Shown piece by piece: positions 29,012 to 38,168 of a DNA stretch of 64,000 nucleotides. The position numbers were made by a program, and so were the translations under genes. The notes below the pieces were generated by a model. It did no database searches, had not been told where the DNA came from, and saw nothing but the letters and a program-made list of their open reading frames with translations. Each line of letters begins with the position of its first letter. Position 1 is the stretch's first letter. This DNA comes from Alphaproteobacteria bacterium (GTDB taxonomy: Bacteria; Pseudomonadota; Alphaproteobacteria; Bin95): NCBI GenBank assembly GCA_963665325.3, contig OZ224045.1:928001-992000 (forward strand), read 5' to 3'.

Positions 29012-29917
29012 CAGGCCGGCCAGGCGGTTGGACTTGAAGATGGCGAGGCAGCGGTCCGGATCGTCGATGTCGAGGCTGCAGACCTGCCAGGCGAACTGCG
29101 CGGCCACGACGGCCATGGCCGCGAAGAATGGCCAGGCGAGCCCGGCCAGCCAGCCCGCAAGCGCCAGCAGGACGAGCGCGGCGGCGTAGAATCCGGAGAC
29201 CCAGAACGGGGTCCGTGCGCCGAACAACAGCGCCGTCGATTTGACGCCCGCCAGCGCGTCGTCCTCCTTGTCCTGATGGGCATAGACCGTGTCGTAGCCG
29301 AGCGTCCAGGCGATGCCGGCGGCATAGAGCGCGTAGGCCGGTCCCGAGACCTCGCCCGCGACCGCCGCCCAGCCGACCAGCGCGCCCCAGTTGAAGGTGA
29401 GTCCGAGCCAGGCCTGCGGCCAGTGGTTCAACCGCTTCATGAACGGATAGGCCAGCACCAGGGGGATCGAGCCCAGGCCCACCAGGATGGCGCCCGGCTC
29501 CAGCGCCAGCAGTACAGCAAGCCCAACGGTGCCTTGCAGGACGATGAACGCCCAGGCGCGGAAGACGGTCGTATGCCCCGCCGGCAGCGGGCGGATCGCG
29601 GTGCGCGAGACGCGGGCGTCATAGTCCCGGTCCACGATGTCGTTATAGGTGCAGCCCGCGCCCCGCATTGCCAGGGCGCCGACCGCGAACAGCGCGACAA
29701 GCATGAGCGTGTCGAGCGCGGAGAAGCCGGGCGCGGCCGCTGCCGCCAGCGCCGTGCCCCACCAGCAGGGCAGCAGCAGCAGCCAGGCCCCGATCGGCCG
29801 GTCCCAGCGCGCGAGGCGCGAATAGGGCACGAGCCGAAGCGGGATCGCCCGCTCCCAGGCGCCCCGGATACGGATATCGGTTGCGGCAAGGGGGTCGCGC
29901 ACGGTCATGCCCGACAT
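28973..29917 (-). CDS. ubiA: 4-hydroxybenzoate polyprenyltransferase
   Basis: RWDRPIG, GCTYNDIVDRDYD..V.RT..RPL, YDTVYAHQDKEDD. Confidence 0.93.
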   Translation of the reverse strand: MSGMTVRDPLAATDIRIRGAWERAIPLRLVPYSRLARWDRPIGAWLLLLPCWWGTALAAAAAPGFSALDTLMLVALFAVGALAMRGAGCTYNDIVDRDYDARVSRTAIRPLPAGHTTVFRAWAFIVLQGTVGLAVLLALEPGAILVGLGSIPLVLAYPFMKRLNHWPQAWLGLTFNWGALVGWAAVAGEVSGPAYALYAAGIAWTLGYDTVYAHQDKEDDALAGVKSTALLFGARTPFWVSGFYAAALVLLALAGWLAGLAWPFFAAMAVVAAQFAWQVCSLDIDDPDRCLAIFKSNRLAGLLVLAAIALGMAA

Positions 29918-29990
29918 TTTCGCCCCCTCCCACCGGGGAGGCAAGGGCGGTCGTGCGGCCGGGCCGCCGTCCGGGCTATGATCCGGCCCC

Positions 29991-31436
29991 ATGAGCGATT
30001 CTTTCGATGTTGTGGTCGTCGGGTCGGGCATTGCCGGCCTCTCGGCAGCTGTTTCTGCGCTCGAGGCGGGCGCACAGGTGGCGGTGCTGGAGCGCGCGGC
30101 GCGCGAGGAGCGGGGCGGCAACACCCGCTACACGGAAAGCTTCTGGCGGATGCGGGACCATGACACGGTCTCGGAGGATTTCGACGAGAGGCTGGCGGGC
30201 AATGCCGGTGGGCATTTCGACCCGGAATTCGTGAAGGACGCGGGACGTCCGTACGAGGACTGGCCGCGCCCGCTCCGGGCCTTCGGCTTCACCGACCCGG
30301 AACTGATCCGCGTCTGGGGCGACGATGCTGGCCCGGCGCTCCGCTGGCTGGAGGGGTTCGGCGTGCGCTGGGACTTCCTGCCCACATATTTCCCCTACCA
30401 GTCCACGACCCGGATCGCACCGGTGGGCGGCGGCCTGGCGCTGGTGGAGGCGCTGGCGGCGGAAGCCGAGCGGCTGTCCGCCTCTATCTTCTACGAGACC
30501 GCCGCGCGGGGCCTGGTCCGCGACGACGAGGGAGAGATCGTCGGCGTGGAGGCCGTGCAGCGGGGCCGGCCCTGCCGCTTCATGGGCCGGGTCGTTCTGG
30601 CCTCGGGCGGCTTCGAGGGCAATCCGGAAATGCTCGCGCGCTATCTGGGGCCGAAGGCGCAATGGACGCGGCCGGTCGCGAAGGGCGGCTACTACAATCG
30701 CGGCGAGGGCGTGGCGATGGGCCTCGCAGCCGGCGCTGCGCCGGCCGGCGAGTTCGGCGCCTTCCACGCGCAACCGGTCGATCCGCGCTCGGGCGCCATC
30801 GAGCCGGTGGTGCTGCATTACGGCTACGGCGTGCTGGTGAATCGCGAGGGCGAGCGCTTCACGGACGAGGCGGCCGGGCCGGTGGATGCGGGCTATGAAC
30901 GGGTGGCGCGCGCCGTGCTGGAGCAGCCGCAGGGCCTCGCCTGGGCGGTGTTCGATGCCGGGCTCGACGCGGCACCCCACTGGCGGGTGACGGTGCGCAG
31001 CGACCGCGAGCCGCTGGAAGCGCAGAGTGTGGAGGCGCTTGCGGAGGCCGCCGGCCTCGACCCGGCGGCGCTCTCGGCGACGCTCGCCGCCTACAACGCC
31101 GCCTGCGCAGAGGACATATCGGCCTTCCGGCCGGACGGGCCGGACAGCCTCGCCACGCGGGGCCTGGCGCCGCCGAAGAGCAACTGGGCGCGGCCGCTGC
31201 TGAGGCCGCCCTTCCGCGCCTGGCCGGTGATCTGCGCCAATTGCTTCACCTTCGGCGGCCTGCGCATCGACATCCACGGGCGCGTGATAGACCTCGACGG
31301 CGACCCGATCCCCGGCCTCTACGCCGCCGGCGAGACCGCAGGGCTCTTCTACGGCGACTATACGGGCGCCACCTCCGTCATGCGCGGCGCAGTATTCGGC
31401 CGCCGCGCCGGCCGCCATGCGGCAGGGGCGCAGTAG
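29991..31436 (+). CDS. FAD-dependent oxidoreductase, tricarballylate dehydrogenase TcuA-like
   Basis: GSGIAG, RGGNT, LASGGFEGN, FTFGGL, PGLYAAGE. Confidence 0.82.
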   Translation: MSDSFDVVVVGSGIAGLSAAVSALEAGAQVAVLERAAREERGGNTRYTESFWRMRDHDTVSEDFDERLAGNAGGHFDPEFVKDAGRPYEDWPRPLRAFGFTDPELIRVWGDDAGPALRWLEGFGVRWDFLPTYFPYQSTTRIAPVGGGLALVEALAAEAERLSASIFYETAARGLVRDDEGEIVGVEAVQRGRPCRFMGRVVLASGGFEGNPEMLARYLGPKAQWTRPVAKGGYYNRGEGVAMGLAAGAAPAGEFGAFHAQPVDPRSGAIEPVVLHYGYGVLVNREGERFTDEAAGPVDAGYERVARAVLEQPQGLAWAVFDAGLDAAPHWRVTVRSDREPLEAQSVEALAEAAGLDPAALSATLAAYNAACAEDISAFRPDGPDSLATRGLAPPKSNWARPLLRPPFRAWPVICANCFTFGGLRIDIHGRVIDLDGDPIPGLYAAGETAGLFYGDYTGATSVMRGAVFGRRAGRHAAGAQ

Positions 31437-31454
31437 CGGGTCACCATGAGGAGG

Positions 31455-31480
31455 GCCGCCTTCCCGGCGGCTTTTGCTTT
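31455..31480 (+). terminator. Rho-independent terminator
   Basis: GCCGCC-TTCCC-GGCGGC-TTTTGCTTT. Confidence 0.6.
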
Positions 31481-32315
31481 CAGGCAATATCTGGCGTTTT
31501 GCCGCGAAGCCGGTCCAGCCCGGCCTGCCAGTAGCGCCCCAGCCCCGCTTCGTAATGGGGATCGTCGATACCTGCGCGGTAGGCATGGTCCAGGAAATGC
31601 GACCAGGGGGTGGCAGCGGGAATTTCGCCGCCGTACCAGGCGAGCGCCATCAGGTCGATGCGCTCTTCGTAGGACAGATCGCCGATGAGCTTCACCAGGC
31701 GCCGAAATGCGGGCGTCTTGAGATAGGCGTCCCGGTGTTCCGGGGCCGGGATTACGGGACCGCCGGGGCGGTGGGGTACTTGGTCGACGACATGATCCAC
31801 GGTGTCGCTGAAAATCGAGTGGGCGGCGATCAGGTCGTGGACAGTTGTTTCCCGAATGACGAGACCGGTAGCGGCGCTTGCTATACGCCTGCCCGTTTCG
31901 GAATCGGAGATAAGCCAGACTTCCGGGTCCGCCCGGTTCCGGGCGGCGTCGCGCAGCGCAGCCGGCGGTCGGCTGTGACCAGCGGCGCTTCCTCGACCTC
32001 CGCACAGGCGAGATAGAGGCAGTCGTAAACCGGATGGTCGATCCGGAGGGCGATGGCGGTGGCGTGGATAACAAGCTCCGCGGCCGGGGCCAACGAGACG
32101 AGATCGCCCAGGCGGGCGAGTTCGTGAAGGTAGGGTTGTGCGTCTGCTACTTCCCGGCGCCGGGCCTTCTTCCAGATCACGTTGGCGGCCTCGGTCAGTA
32201 TGAAATCCGGAGCGTGCAGCACAATCCGGTGGGCCAGAAGCTGCCGCGCCTCGACAGTTCCGTCTTCGGTGAACAACCATTTGACCGCAACGCTGGCGTC
32301 GACGACCGCCTTCAC
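31480..32315 (-). pseudogene. vapC: VapC/PIN toxin with a C-terminal extension, frameshifted by a 5-bp duplication
   Basis: VVDASVAVKW, VYDCLYLA, LVTADRRL; GCGCA duplicated at 31951-31960; removing one copy fuses the PIN frame to the ORF ending at 31480. Confidence 0.72.
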
Positions 32316-32548
32316 CGATCGCGGTCCTCACGCAGGAGGAGGACGCTGTCTGTCTGGGGGCGCTCGGCGGTGAGCGCCGCGAGGCGTGCGGTGCGTTCGC
32401 GGAAGTCTTCGAGGCGGGCGTGGCGCAGCACCTGCTGGGCGAGAAGATGGCGTATCTCCCCTTCCAGCGAGCGCTGGTTCGTTTTCGCCTGGGCCTTCAG
32501 AGCGGCAACCAGCTTGTCATCGACATTACGCACGGTGATGGTGGCCAT
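32312..32548 (-). CDS. FitA-like ribbon-helix-helix antitoxin
   Basis: MATITVRNVDD..LKAQA..NQRSLEGEIR..LREDR; overlaps the vapC start. Confidence 0.88.
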   Translation of the reverse strand: MATITVRNVDDKLVAALKAQAKTNQRSLEGEIRHLLAQQVLRHARLEDFRERTARLAALTAERPQTDSVLLLREDRDR

Positions 32549-32704
32549 GAAATGCGTTCCCGCCCGATAGCAGCGCTTTGCTAGCATATTGCTTGCGTTT
32601 ATTCAAGATGAGACCGGATCGACGGAAGTTCCGAATGCGCGTCGGCGCGCGGAATGAGTTTTCCGATGGCTACCGGCCCCGGTTCTGACCGGTGATCGTT
32701 GGTA

Positions 32705-33610
32705 TCAGGTGCAGCCGGCCGCCCGCCGGAGAGCGGAGAAGTCCGTCTGGGCTTCCAGCCCGATGCAGATGAGGCCGGCGGAGGCGTTGGGGGGTGCTTC
32801 GGAGACGGACCAGCGGTTGCCGACGGTCTGGATTGCGGCCATGCCGCCGCCGGGGCGGCGCATGAAGCCCTTTGCGCGGAGCAGGCCGTGAGCGGGGTCG
32901 GCGAGGATGCGGGCGAGCGCTTCCGGCTCGGCTCCGTCGGGCGGGTCGAACGCGGCCGTCGCATAGCCGTGCGTGTGGTCGAACGGCCCGCCGCCTGCCG
33001 GCAGGGCGGCGCGGCCGGTCCAGGCGCCCAGCACGATGTCGATGGGCGCGTCGGACTGCACCGTGCGCACAACCCGCGCTTCCGGGGCCGCTTCGCCCAG
33101 CCAGGCTTCCGCAGTGTCCGCATCGCCGGCGAGGTCGCATTTGTTCAGCAGGATGAGGTCGGCCTCGGCCAACTGCCGCCGGACGGTGCTGCCGAGATAG
33201 CGGTCCCCGGCCCGGCCGCGCACGGTCTCGGCATCGGCCAGCACGACCGCCCCGTCGAGCGCGAAGCCCTGGAGCAGGCCGACCGTGCCGGCGATGGCGC
33301 CCGGAAAGGCGACGCCGCTCGCCTCCAGCAGCACATGGTCGGGCCTCGGCTCCAGCGCCCGGAGCATGACGAGCGAGGACACCAGGTCCTCGCCATAGCT
33401 GCAGCACACGCAGCCGCCGACAAGGCTGACGATGCGGTCGTCCGCCGCCTCGACCAGGCTTGCGTCGATGGGCAGCGCGCCGAATTCGTTGACCATGACG
33501 GCGAGCCGCCTGCCGTTCGCCTGCCGGAGCATGCTGTTGACCAGGGTCGTCTTGCCGGCGCCCAGATAGCCGCCGACCACGGTGACGGGCAGCGGGCCGG
33601 CGGCGATCAT
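32705..33610 (-). CDS. COG0523/CobW-family metallochaperone GTPase
   Basis: GYLGAGKTT, NEFG, GCVCC, EASG, NKCD, LLRAKG. Confidence 0.92.
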   Translation of the reverse strand: MIAAGPLPVTVVGGYLGAGKTTLVNSMLRQANGRRLAVMVNEFGALPIDASLVEAADDRIVSLVGGCVCCSYGEDLVSSLVMLRALEPRPDHVLLEASGVAFPGAIAGTVGLLQGFALDGAVVLADAETVRGRAGDRYLGSTVRRQLAEADLILLNKCDLAGDADTAEAWLGEAAPEARVVRTVQSDAPIDIVLGAWTGRAALPAGGGPFDHTHGYATAAFDPPDGAEPEALARILADPAHGLLRAKGFMRRPGGGMAAIQTVGNRWSVSEAPPNASAGLICIGLEAQTDFSALRRAAGCT

Positions 33611-33696
33611 GACGGGCGCCGTCCCCGGCAGGAGCGAACCGGGGACATGAGGTTGCCGATACCACCGCCTCGGCCTCCGCCTGTCCCCACTCTTTT

Positions 33697-33836
33697 CATC
33701 ACCCCGGCCTCGAGCCGGGGTCCATCCATGGCTCGCAATATCGCCGCAGCCGGTGGAAAGAGGGCGGAACTACCGAGGCTGCAGCGAAAGCCAGGGCTGG
33801 ACCCCGGATCTCCGCTTCGCTCCGTCCGGGGTGACG
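33697..33836. repeat. REP/RPE-like palindromic element
   Basis: TCACCCCGGCCTCGAGCCGGGGTCCA ... TGGACCCCGGA..TCCGGGGTGA: inverted arms, each with an internal hairpin. Confidence 0.7.
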
Positions 33837-33902
33837 GATGGGGACCGGGGCCGGGCCGGCGGTTGTGCCTCGTATGGCGGCGCAACGCGGCGGTTGTCAC
33901 AG

Positions 33903-35543
33903 CTAGAGATCGGTCGCGGGGAAGATGCGGCCGCCCTGCACGGTGCCCCAGACGCGCACATCCTTCAGCCGTTCGCCTCCGACGGTCTCCGGGTCGTCCT
34001 GCAGCACGGCGAAATCGGCGCGCTTGCCGGTCTCGATGGAACCCACCTCGCCGTCGAGGCCGAGCGTGTAGGCAGCGCCCAGGGTGATCGTGCGGAGCGC
34101 GTCGGCGACGCCGATCCGCTCCTGCCCGCCAAGGGTGCGGCCCGACGCGGTTTGCCGGTTGACGGCGCACCAGGCGGTGAAGAGCGGGCCGAGCGGCGTG
34201 ACCGGCGCATCGGAGTGGATCGCGAGCGGCACGCCCTCGCGCAGCGCGGTCGCGCAGGCGTTCATCCGCTCGGCGCGCTCCGGACCCACCGTCACAGCGT
34301 AATGCTGGTCGCCCCAGTAATAGTGGTGGTTCGGGAACAGGTTGACGCACATGCCGAGCGCCCGGATGCGCCGGAACTGCGCCGCGTCGGCAAGCTGGCA
34401 GTGCTGGAGGGTGAAGCGGTGGTCCGGCGCTGGGTGCTTGCGGAGCGCGGATTCCATACAGTCCAGCGCCAGGTCCGTCGCCTCGTCGCCATTGGTGTGG
34501 GTGTGGACCCGAAGGCCGGCGGCGAGCGCGCGCTCGTAGATCTCCAGCAGGTGCTCCGGCGGGATGTACCAGAGGCCCTCCGGCGCGCCGTTATAGTAGC
34601 CGGGCCAGCGCAGCCGGGCCGAGAAGCCCTGGATCGAGCCGTCTGCCACCACCTTGATAGTGCCGAGGCGGAGCCTGTCGCGGCTGCGGCCCCTGAGTTC
34701 CAGCGCCCGGTCGATCAGCTCTTCCGGCGTGAGGCCGTAGAAGCGGCGCAGAGAGACGATGCGCGCCGGGTAGTCCGCCTCGCCTGTCACCCGCAGCATC
34801 ATCTCCACCGCGTCTTCCGGCAGCAGGTTGGCGAGGTCGGCGGCCGTGGTGACGCCGGTGCGCACGCAGAGCTTGGCGAAGCGCCTGAGGCCCGGCTCGT
34901 CGCAGGCCAGCAGGTCGCGGTCGAAGCCGGTGTGGACGCCGAGCGGGGCCATGGCGTCCGGCCCCTTCATCTCGCCGGTCGGCAGACCGTCCGCGCCGAG
35001 CGGGATGCCGGGATGGTTGACGCCCGTCCGCAGCATGCCGGCGAGTTCCAGCGCCTTGGTGTTGACATTGAGGATATGGCCGGAGGCGTTGAGCACGCCC
35101 ACCGCGCGCTCGGTAGAGACCTTGTCGAGGTCGTGCCGGTTCACCCGCCGGCCGCCATAGTAGATCGCATCCAGCGACCAGCCGGCGAGCGGCGCAGCCG
35201 GGTCTTCCAGCGCGTCCGCTGCCTCGCTGAGCCGTTCCACCACGGCGTCGATGGATTTCATGCCGGGCCATACCGTGCCTTCGGGGTCCATGCGGTCGAA
35301 GAAGCCGCAATAGACATAGGCCCAGAGCGAGCCCTCCATGACATGGCTGTGGCCTTCGACCAGGCCCGGCATCAGCACCTTGTCCGCGAAGCGCTCGTCG
35401 AGGCGGTAGTCGCCCCAGCCTGCCAGTTCCTCCAGCGTGCCGGCGCCGAGGATGCGCCCCTCCCGCACCGCCACATGGGTGGCGTGCGGCCGGGCCGGGT
35501 TCATGGTGACGATCTTGCGAGCAGGATAGATGGTGGCGGTCAC
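33903..35543 (-). CDS. Amidohydrolase family 3 (YtcJ-like)
   Basis: PGLVEGHSH, KVVADGS, HTNGD, LQHCQ, HSDAPV, GSIETGKRADF. Confidence 0.92.
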   Translation of the reverse strand: MTATIYPARKIVTMNPARPHATHVAVREGRILGAGTLEELAGWGDYRLDERFADKVLMPGLVEGHSHVMEGSLWAYVYCGFFDRMDPEGTVWPGMKSIDAVVERLSEAADALEDPAAPLAGWSLDAIYYGGRRVNRHDLDKVSTERAVGVLNASGHILNVNTKALELAGMLRTGVNHPGIPLGADGLPTGEMKGPDAMAPLGVHTGFDRDLLACDEPGLRRFAKLCVRTGVTTAADLANLLPEDAVEMMLRVTGEADYPARIVSLRRFYGLTPEELIDRALELRGRSRDRLRLGTIKVVADGSIQGFSARLRWPGYYNGAPEGLWYIPPEHLLEIYERALAAGLRVHTHTNGDEATDLALDCMESALRKHPAPDHRFTLQHCQLADAAQFRRIRALGMCVNLFPNHHYYWGDQHYAVTVGPERAERMNACATALREGVPLAIHSDAPVTPLGPLFTAWCAVNRQTASGRTLGGQERIGVADALRTITLGAAYTLGLDGEVGSIETGKRADFAVLQDDPETVGGERLKDVRVWGTVQGGRIFPATDL

Positions 35544-35580
35544 ACCGCAGGCTCCCTTCGGGCGGGGATTGCCGGGCCGG

Positions 35581-36105
35581 TCAGGCGGCCGCGGTCAGGA
35601 TCGGCAGGGCCTGCTCATAGGCGGCGGCGGCCAGCACCTCGATCTCGTCCGGCCGGCGGCTGCCGATCGGGTGTTCGACCATCACGAAGGGATAGTCGGG
35701 AAGGCCCAGCGTCCGGGCGATGTTCCGCGCCGTCACCTCGAAGGGTTCGGTGCAGATGACGATCGCGCGTTTCCCGAGCTGCTCGAAGCTGATGCCGTCA
35801 TGCAAACTGCACGTCGAACAGGAGCCTCAGTCGCCCAGTCCCGTTATGAGGAAATCGACCTTCTGCGCCGCGGCCTTCAGCGTCTCTTCCGGCGCGGGCG
35901 CGCTGGCGTTGGACTTCGAATAGACCGGCACCACCGTGCAGCCATGCCGGGCCTCGAAGACGGCGGCGGTCTCGCGCAGCATGGAGACGGCGTTGAGCTT
36001 GCCGTTCTCCAGCAGGCCGATGGTCCGGCCCTCCAGCCCGGCGAGCGCCGCTGCCCGACTGTTGTTCCGTTCCGGCCCCGGAACCGTGGGGTCGCAAAGA
36101 AGCAT
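35581..36105 (-). CDS. UGSC-family selenoprotein (174 aa, Sec93)
   Basis: ORFs 36105-35827 and 35805-35581 are in frame and joined by a single TGA in GLGD-U-GSCSTCSLHD. Confidence 0.88.
35795..35817 (-). promoter_or_regulatory. Candidate bacterial SECIS element
   Basis: UCGA-CGUGCA-GUU-UGCAUG-ACGG hairpin with apical G 20 nt after the UGA. Confidence 0.55.
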
Positions 36106-36138
36106 GCCTATCGTCTCCCGTCCGTTGTCAGTTTCAGT

Positions 36139-36171
36139 CTACTCGCAATCGATGCACACGCCGATGGGCTT
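36139..36171. repeat. 33-bp perfect direct repeat of the 3' end of gene 36990-38069
   Basis: ctactcgcaatcgatgcacacgccgatgggctt at both 36139-36171 and 36990-37022. Confidence 0.97.
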
Positions 36172-36189
36172 TCACGGTCTGCCCGATAG

Positions 36190-36621
36190 TCAGCCGCTGC
36201 CGCTCGCATAGTCGGCGAGCGTCATGACCGCCCCGCCGTGAGCGGTCGGTGCAACTGCATTCGCGAAGCGGCGGTCGGCCGTCACGACAGTCGCGCCGAT
36301 ACGATGGGCCAGCGCAAGATACATGAAGTCGTAAACCGGCCTGTCGAGCGCCAGCGCAATCCGGATTGCATCTGCACCGACCGTTTCGTCGGCGTGCCAC
36401 TGCACCGGCATCCGGGGAACCGAAGCCATCATTGCGCCTGCTTCGTCATGCTCGATCTGGCCCCGGCGCGCTTTGCTCCAGAGCGCATTGGCCAGTTCGG
36501 CCGCCATCAGGCGCGGCGCATGCAGGTCATGCCGGCCTGTCGCCAATTCACGCGCGGCTTCGAAATCTTCCTCGGCTACCAGCCATTTGACCGCTACGCT
36601 GGCGTCAACGACCAGCCGCAT
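36190..36621 (-). CDS. vapC: VapC/PIN toxin
   Basis: VVDASVAVKW, ELANAL, VYDFMYLALA, VVTADRRF. Confidence 0.92.
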   Translation of the reverse strand: MRLVVDASVAVKWLVAEEDFEAARELATGRHDLHAPRLMAAELANALWSKARRGQIEHDEAGAMMASVPRMPVQWHADETVGADAIRIALALDRPVYDFMYLALAHRIGATVVTADRRFANAVAPTAHGGAVMTLADYASGSG

Positions 36622-36890
36622 CAGAAGCCGAGATGGGGGCGATGGCCGCGGTCGCGGTCTTCGCGGATCAACTCCTCGGCAGGCGTATGTTCGCGCCCTT
36701 CCGTCAGGCTCCGCAGCCGGTCGGCGATGGCCAGGAAGTCGGCGCGTTTGGCCTCCATGTCGTCGTCCTCGACCGCACATTCCAGGATATGGCGCACCTC
36801 GCCCTCCAGGGACCGGTTGTTGCCCGAAGCGCGATGCTTGAGACGCCGGACCACATCGTCATCGAGCTGCCGCACGTTTATCGTCGCCAT
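36621..36890 (-). CDS. FitA-like ribbon-helix-helix antitoxin
   Basis: MATINVRQLDD..LKHRA..NNRSLEGEVR..IREDRD; TGATG coupling to vapC. Confidence 0.9.
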   Translation of the reverse strand: MATINVRQLDDDVVRRLKHRASGNNRSLEGEVRHILECAVEDDDMEAKRADFLAIADRLRSLTEGREHTPAEELIREDRDRGHRPHLGF

Positions 36891-36909
36891 CTTTCGATCC
36901 TCGACCGAT

Positions 36910-36928
36910 TGCTATCGAATTGATAGCA
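36910..36928. promoter_or_regulatory. FitAB-type autoregulatory operator
   Basis: Inverted repeat TGCTATC-GAATT-GATAGCA just upstream of the antitoxin. Confidence 0.7.
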
Positions 36929-36989
36929 TAACCGGGCGGAAAGAGACAGTCTCCATCGTCCGGTCGGGCAGCCGGCTCGCGCTCCCCGC

Positions 36990-38069
36990 CTACTCGCAAT
37001 CGATGCACACGCCGATGGGCTTCGATTGCATGAGGGAGGCGCGGCCGCGGCTCCAGGAGGGGATGAAGCTGGAATGGCCGCCGGCGTCGCCGCCGCCCAT
37101 GAGGATCATGATGTCGTCCGGGCCGAGGCCGCGGTGGAACTTCCCGTCACCCGCCAGCGGGCGCACGCCCTCCTCCGCATGCTGCTTGCCGTATTCGACA
37201 TCGCGGTGCTTGCCGACAGACTTCATGCCCTCGACGCTGCGCCACGCATGGGCGAACAGGTATTCCTGCGCCTGTCTCCGCGTCCATCCGGCGCCGGAGA
37301 GGATGCGCATATGCTCCGGGGCCATCACCACCACGGACTGGCCGAGCGTGATGCAGCCATAGTTCGCCATCGCGTCGGCGAAGGTGCCCAATATGTGCTC
37401 CGGCGTGTTGCCGCCATGGTTCTCGATGTTGCAGAAGCCGCCGCCGGCGAAGACGGTGACGCTGCTCACGCCTTCCGGATAGCCCTGTTCCTCGCAGAGC
37501 AGCGGCCAGGGATTGCCCCGGCTGCGCTCCGCAATGCAGAAGCCGAATTTGGCCGGCTGGCCCTGGGTCGATTTGTCGGAGATGCCGGGGATCATCCGGA
37601 AGACGTTCATCAGGATGAGGCGCACGGCGCGGCCGATAGTGGCGTTGGCGCGGTTGCCGGGGCCGAACAGGTTCACGTCTGAGTTCATCTGAATGTCGTC
37701 GGTGACGGGGCCGCTGACGACCAGCAACGGCGCCGAGCCGCCGGTGGACGCGGTCGAGCCGTGGAAGTTGAAGCCGGGCTCGTTCATGGCCTCGAAGGCC
37801 GCGACCAGCACCGGGAAATATTCGGGCCGGCAGCCGGCCATGACGGCGTTCACCGCCGCGGCGTGGACGGTGCATTCGAGGCCCGTCGCGGGATGGCGGG
37901 CGATGGGGGTCTCGGGCGGCCGGCCCTCATAGCCGAGCATCTCTTCCACCCGCCCGGGCGCCGGCGGCACGACCGGCAGGCCGTCGGTCCAGCCCTGCTC
38001 GAAGCAATAGTCGATGGCGGCGAGCGGGTCGTCGGCGACCTCGTGCAGGCGTTCGGCATCGTAGGGCAT
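36990..38069 (-). CDS. Conserved partner of UGSC proteins with C-terminal CxxC
   Basis: GWTDGLPVVPP, AVNAVMAGCRPEY, GNRANATIGRA motifs; ends in CIDCE. Confidence 0.75.
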   Translation of the reverse strand: MPYDAERLHEVADDPLAAIDYCFEQGWTDGLPVVPPAPGRVEEMLGYEGRPPETPIARHPATGLECTVHAAAVNAVMAGCRPEYFPVLVAAFEAMNEPGFNFHGSTASTGGSAPLLVVSGPVTDDIQMNSDVNLFGPGNRANATIGRAVRLILMNVFRMIPGISDKSTQGQPAKFGFCIAERSRGNPWPLLCEEQGYPEGVSSVTVFAGGGFCNIENHGGNTPEHILGTFADAMANYGCITLGQSVVVMAPEHMRILSGAGWTRRQAQEYLFAHAWRSVEGMKSVGKHRDVEYGKQHAEEGVRPLAGDGKFHRGLGPDDIMILMGGGDAGGHSSFIPSWSRGRASLMQSKPIGVCIDCE

Positions 38070-38168
38070 GGGCGCGGGCTCCGTTCGCCTCCGGTTGCCT
38101 CCCTATAGCGCATGGTGAATTATCCCGGCAACAAGACCGCCGGACGCGCAAGAGGGGGAATCGGGCCC

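Noticed and set aside
31437-32704. Gene-end duplication around the second FitA/VapC locus
   Set aside because: No copy of the tcuA-like or cobW-like 3' ends was found by eye, so this locus is not counted in the cassette pattern
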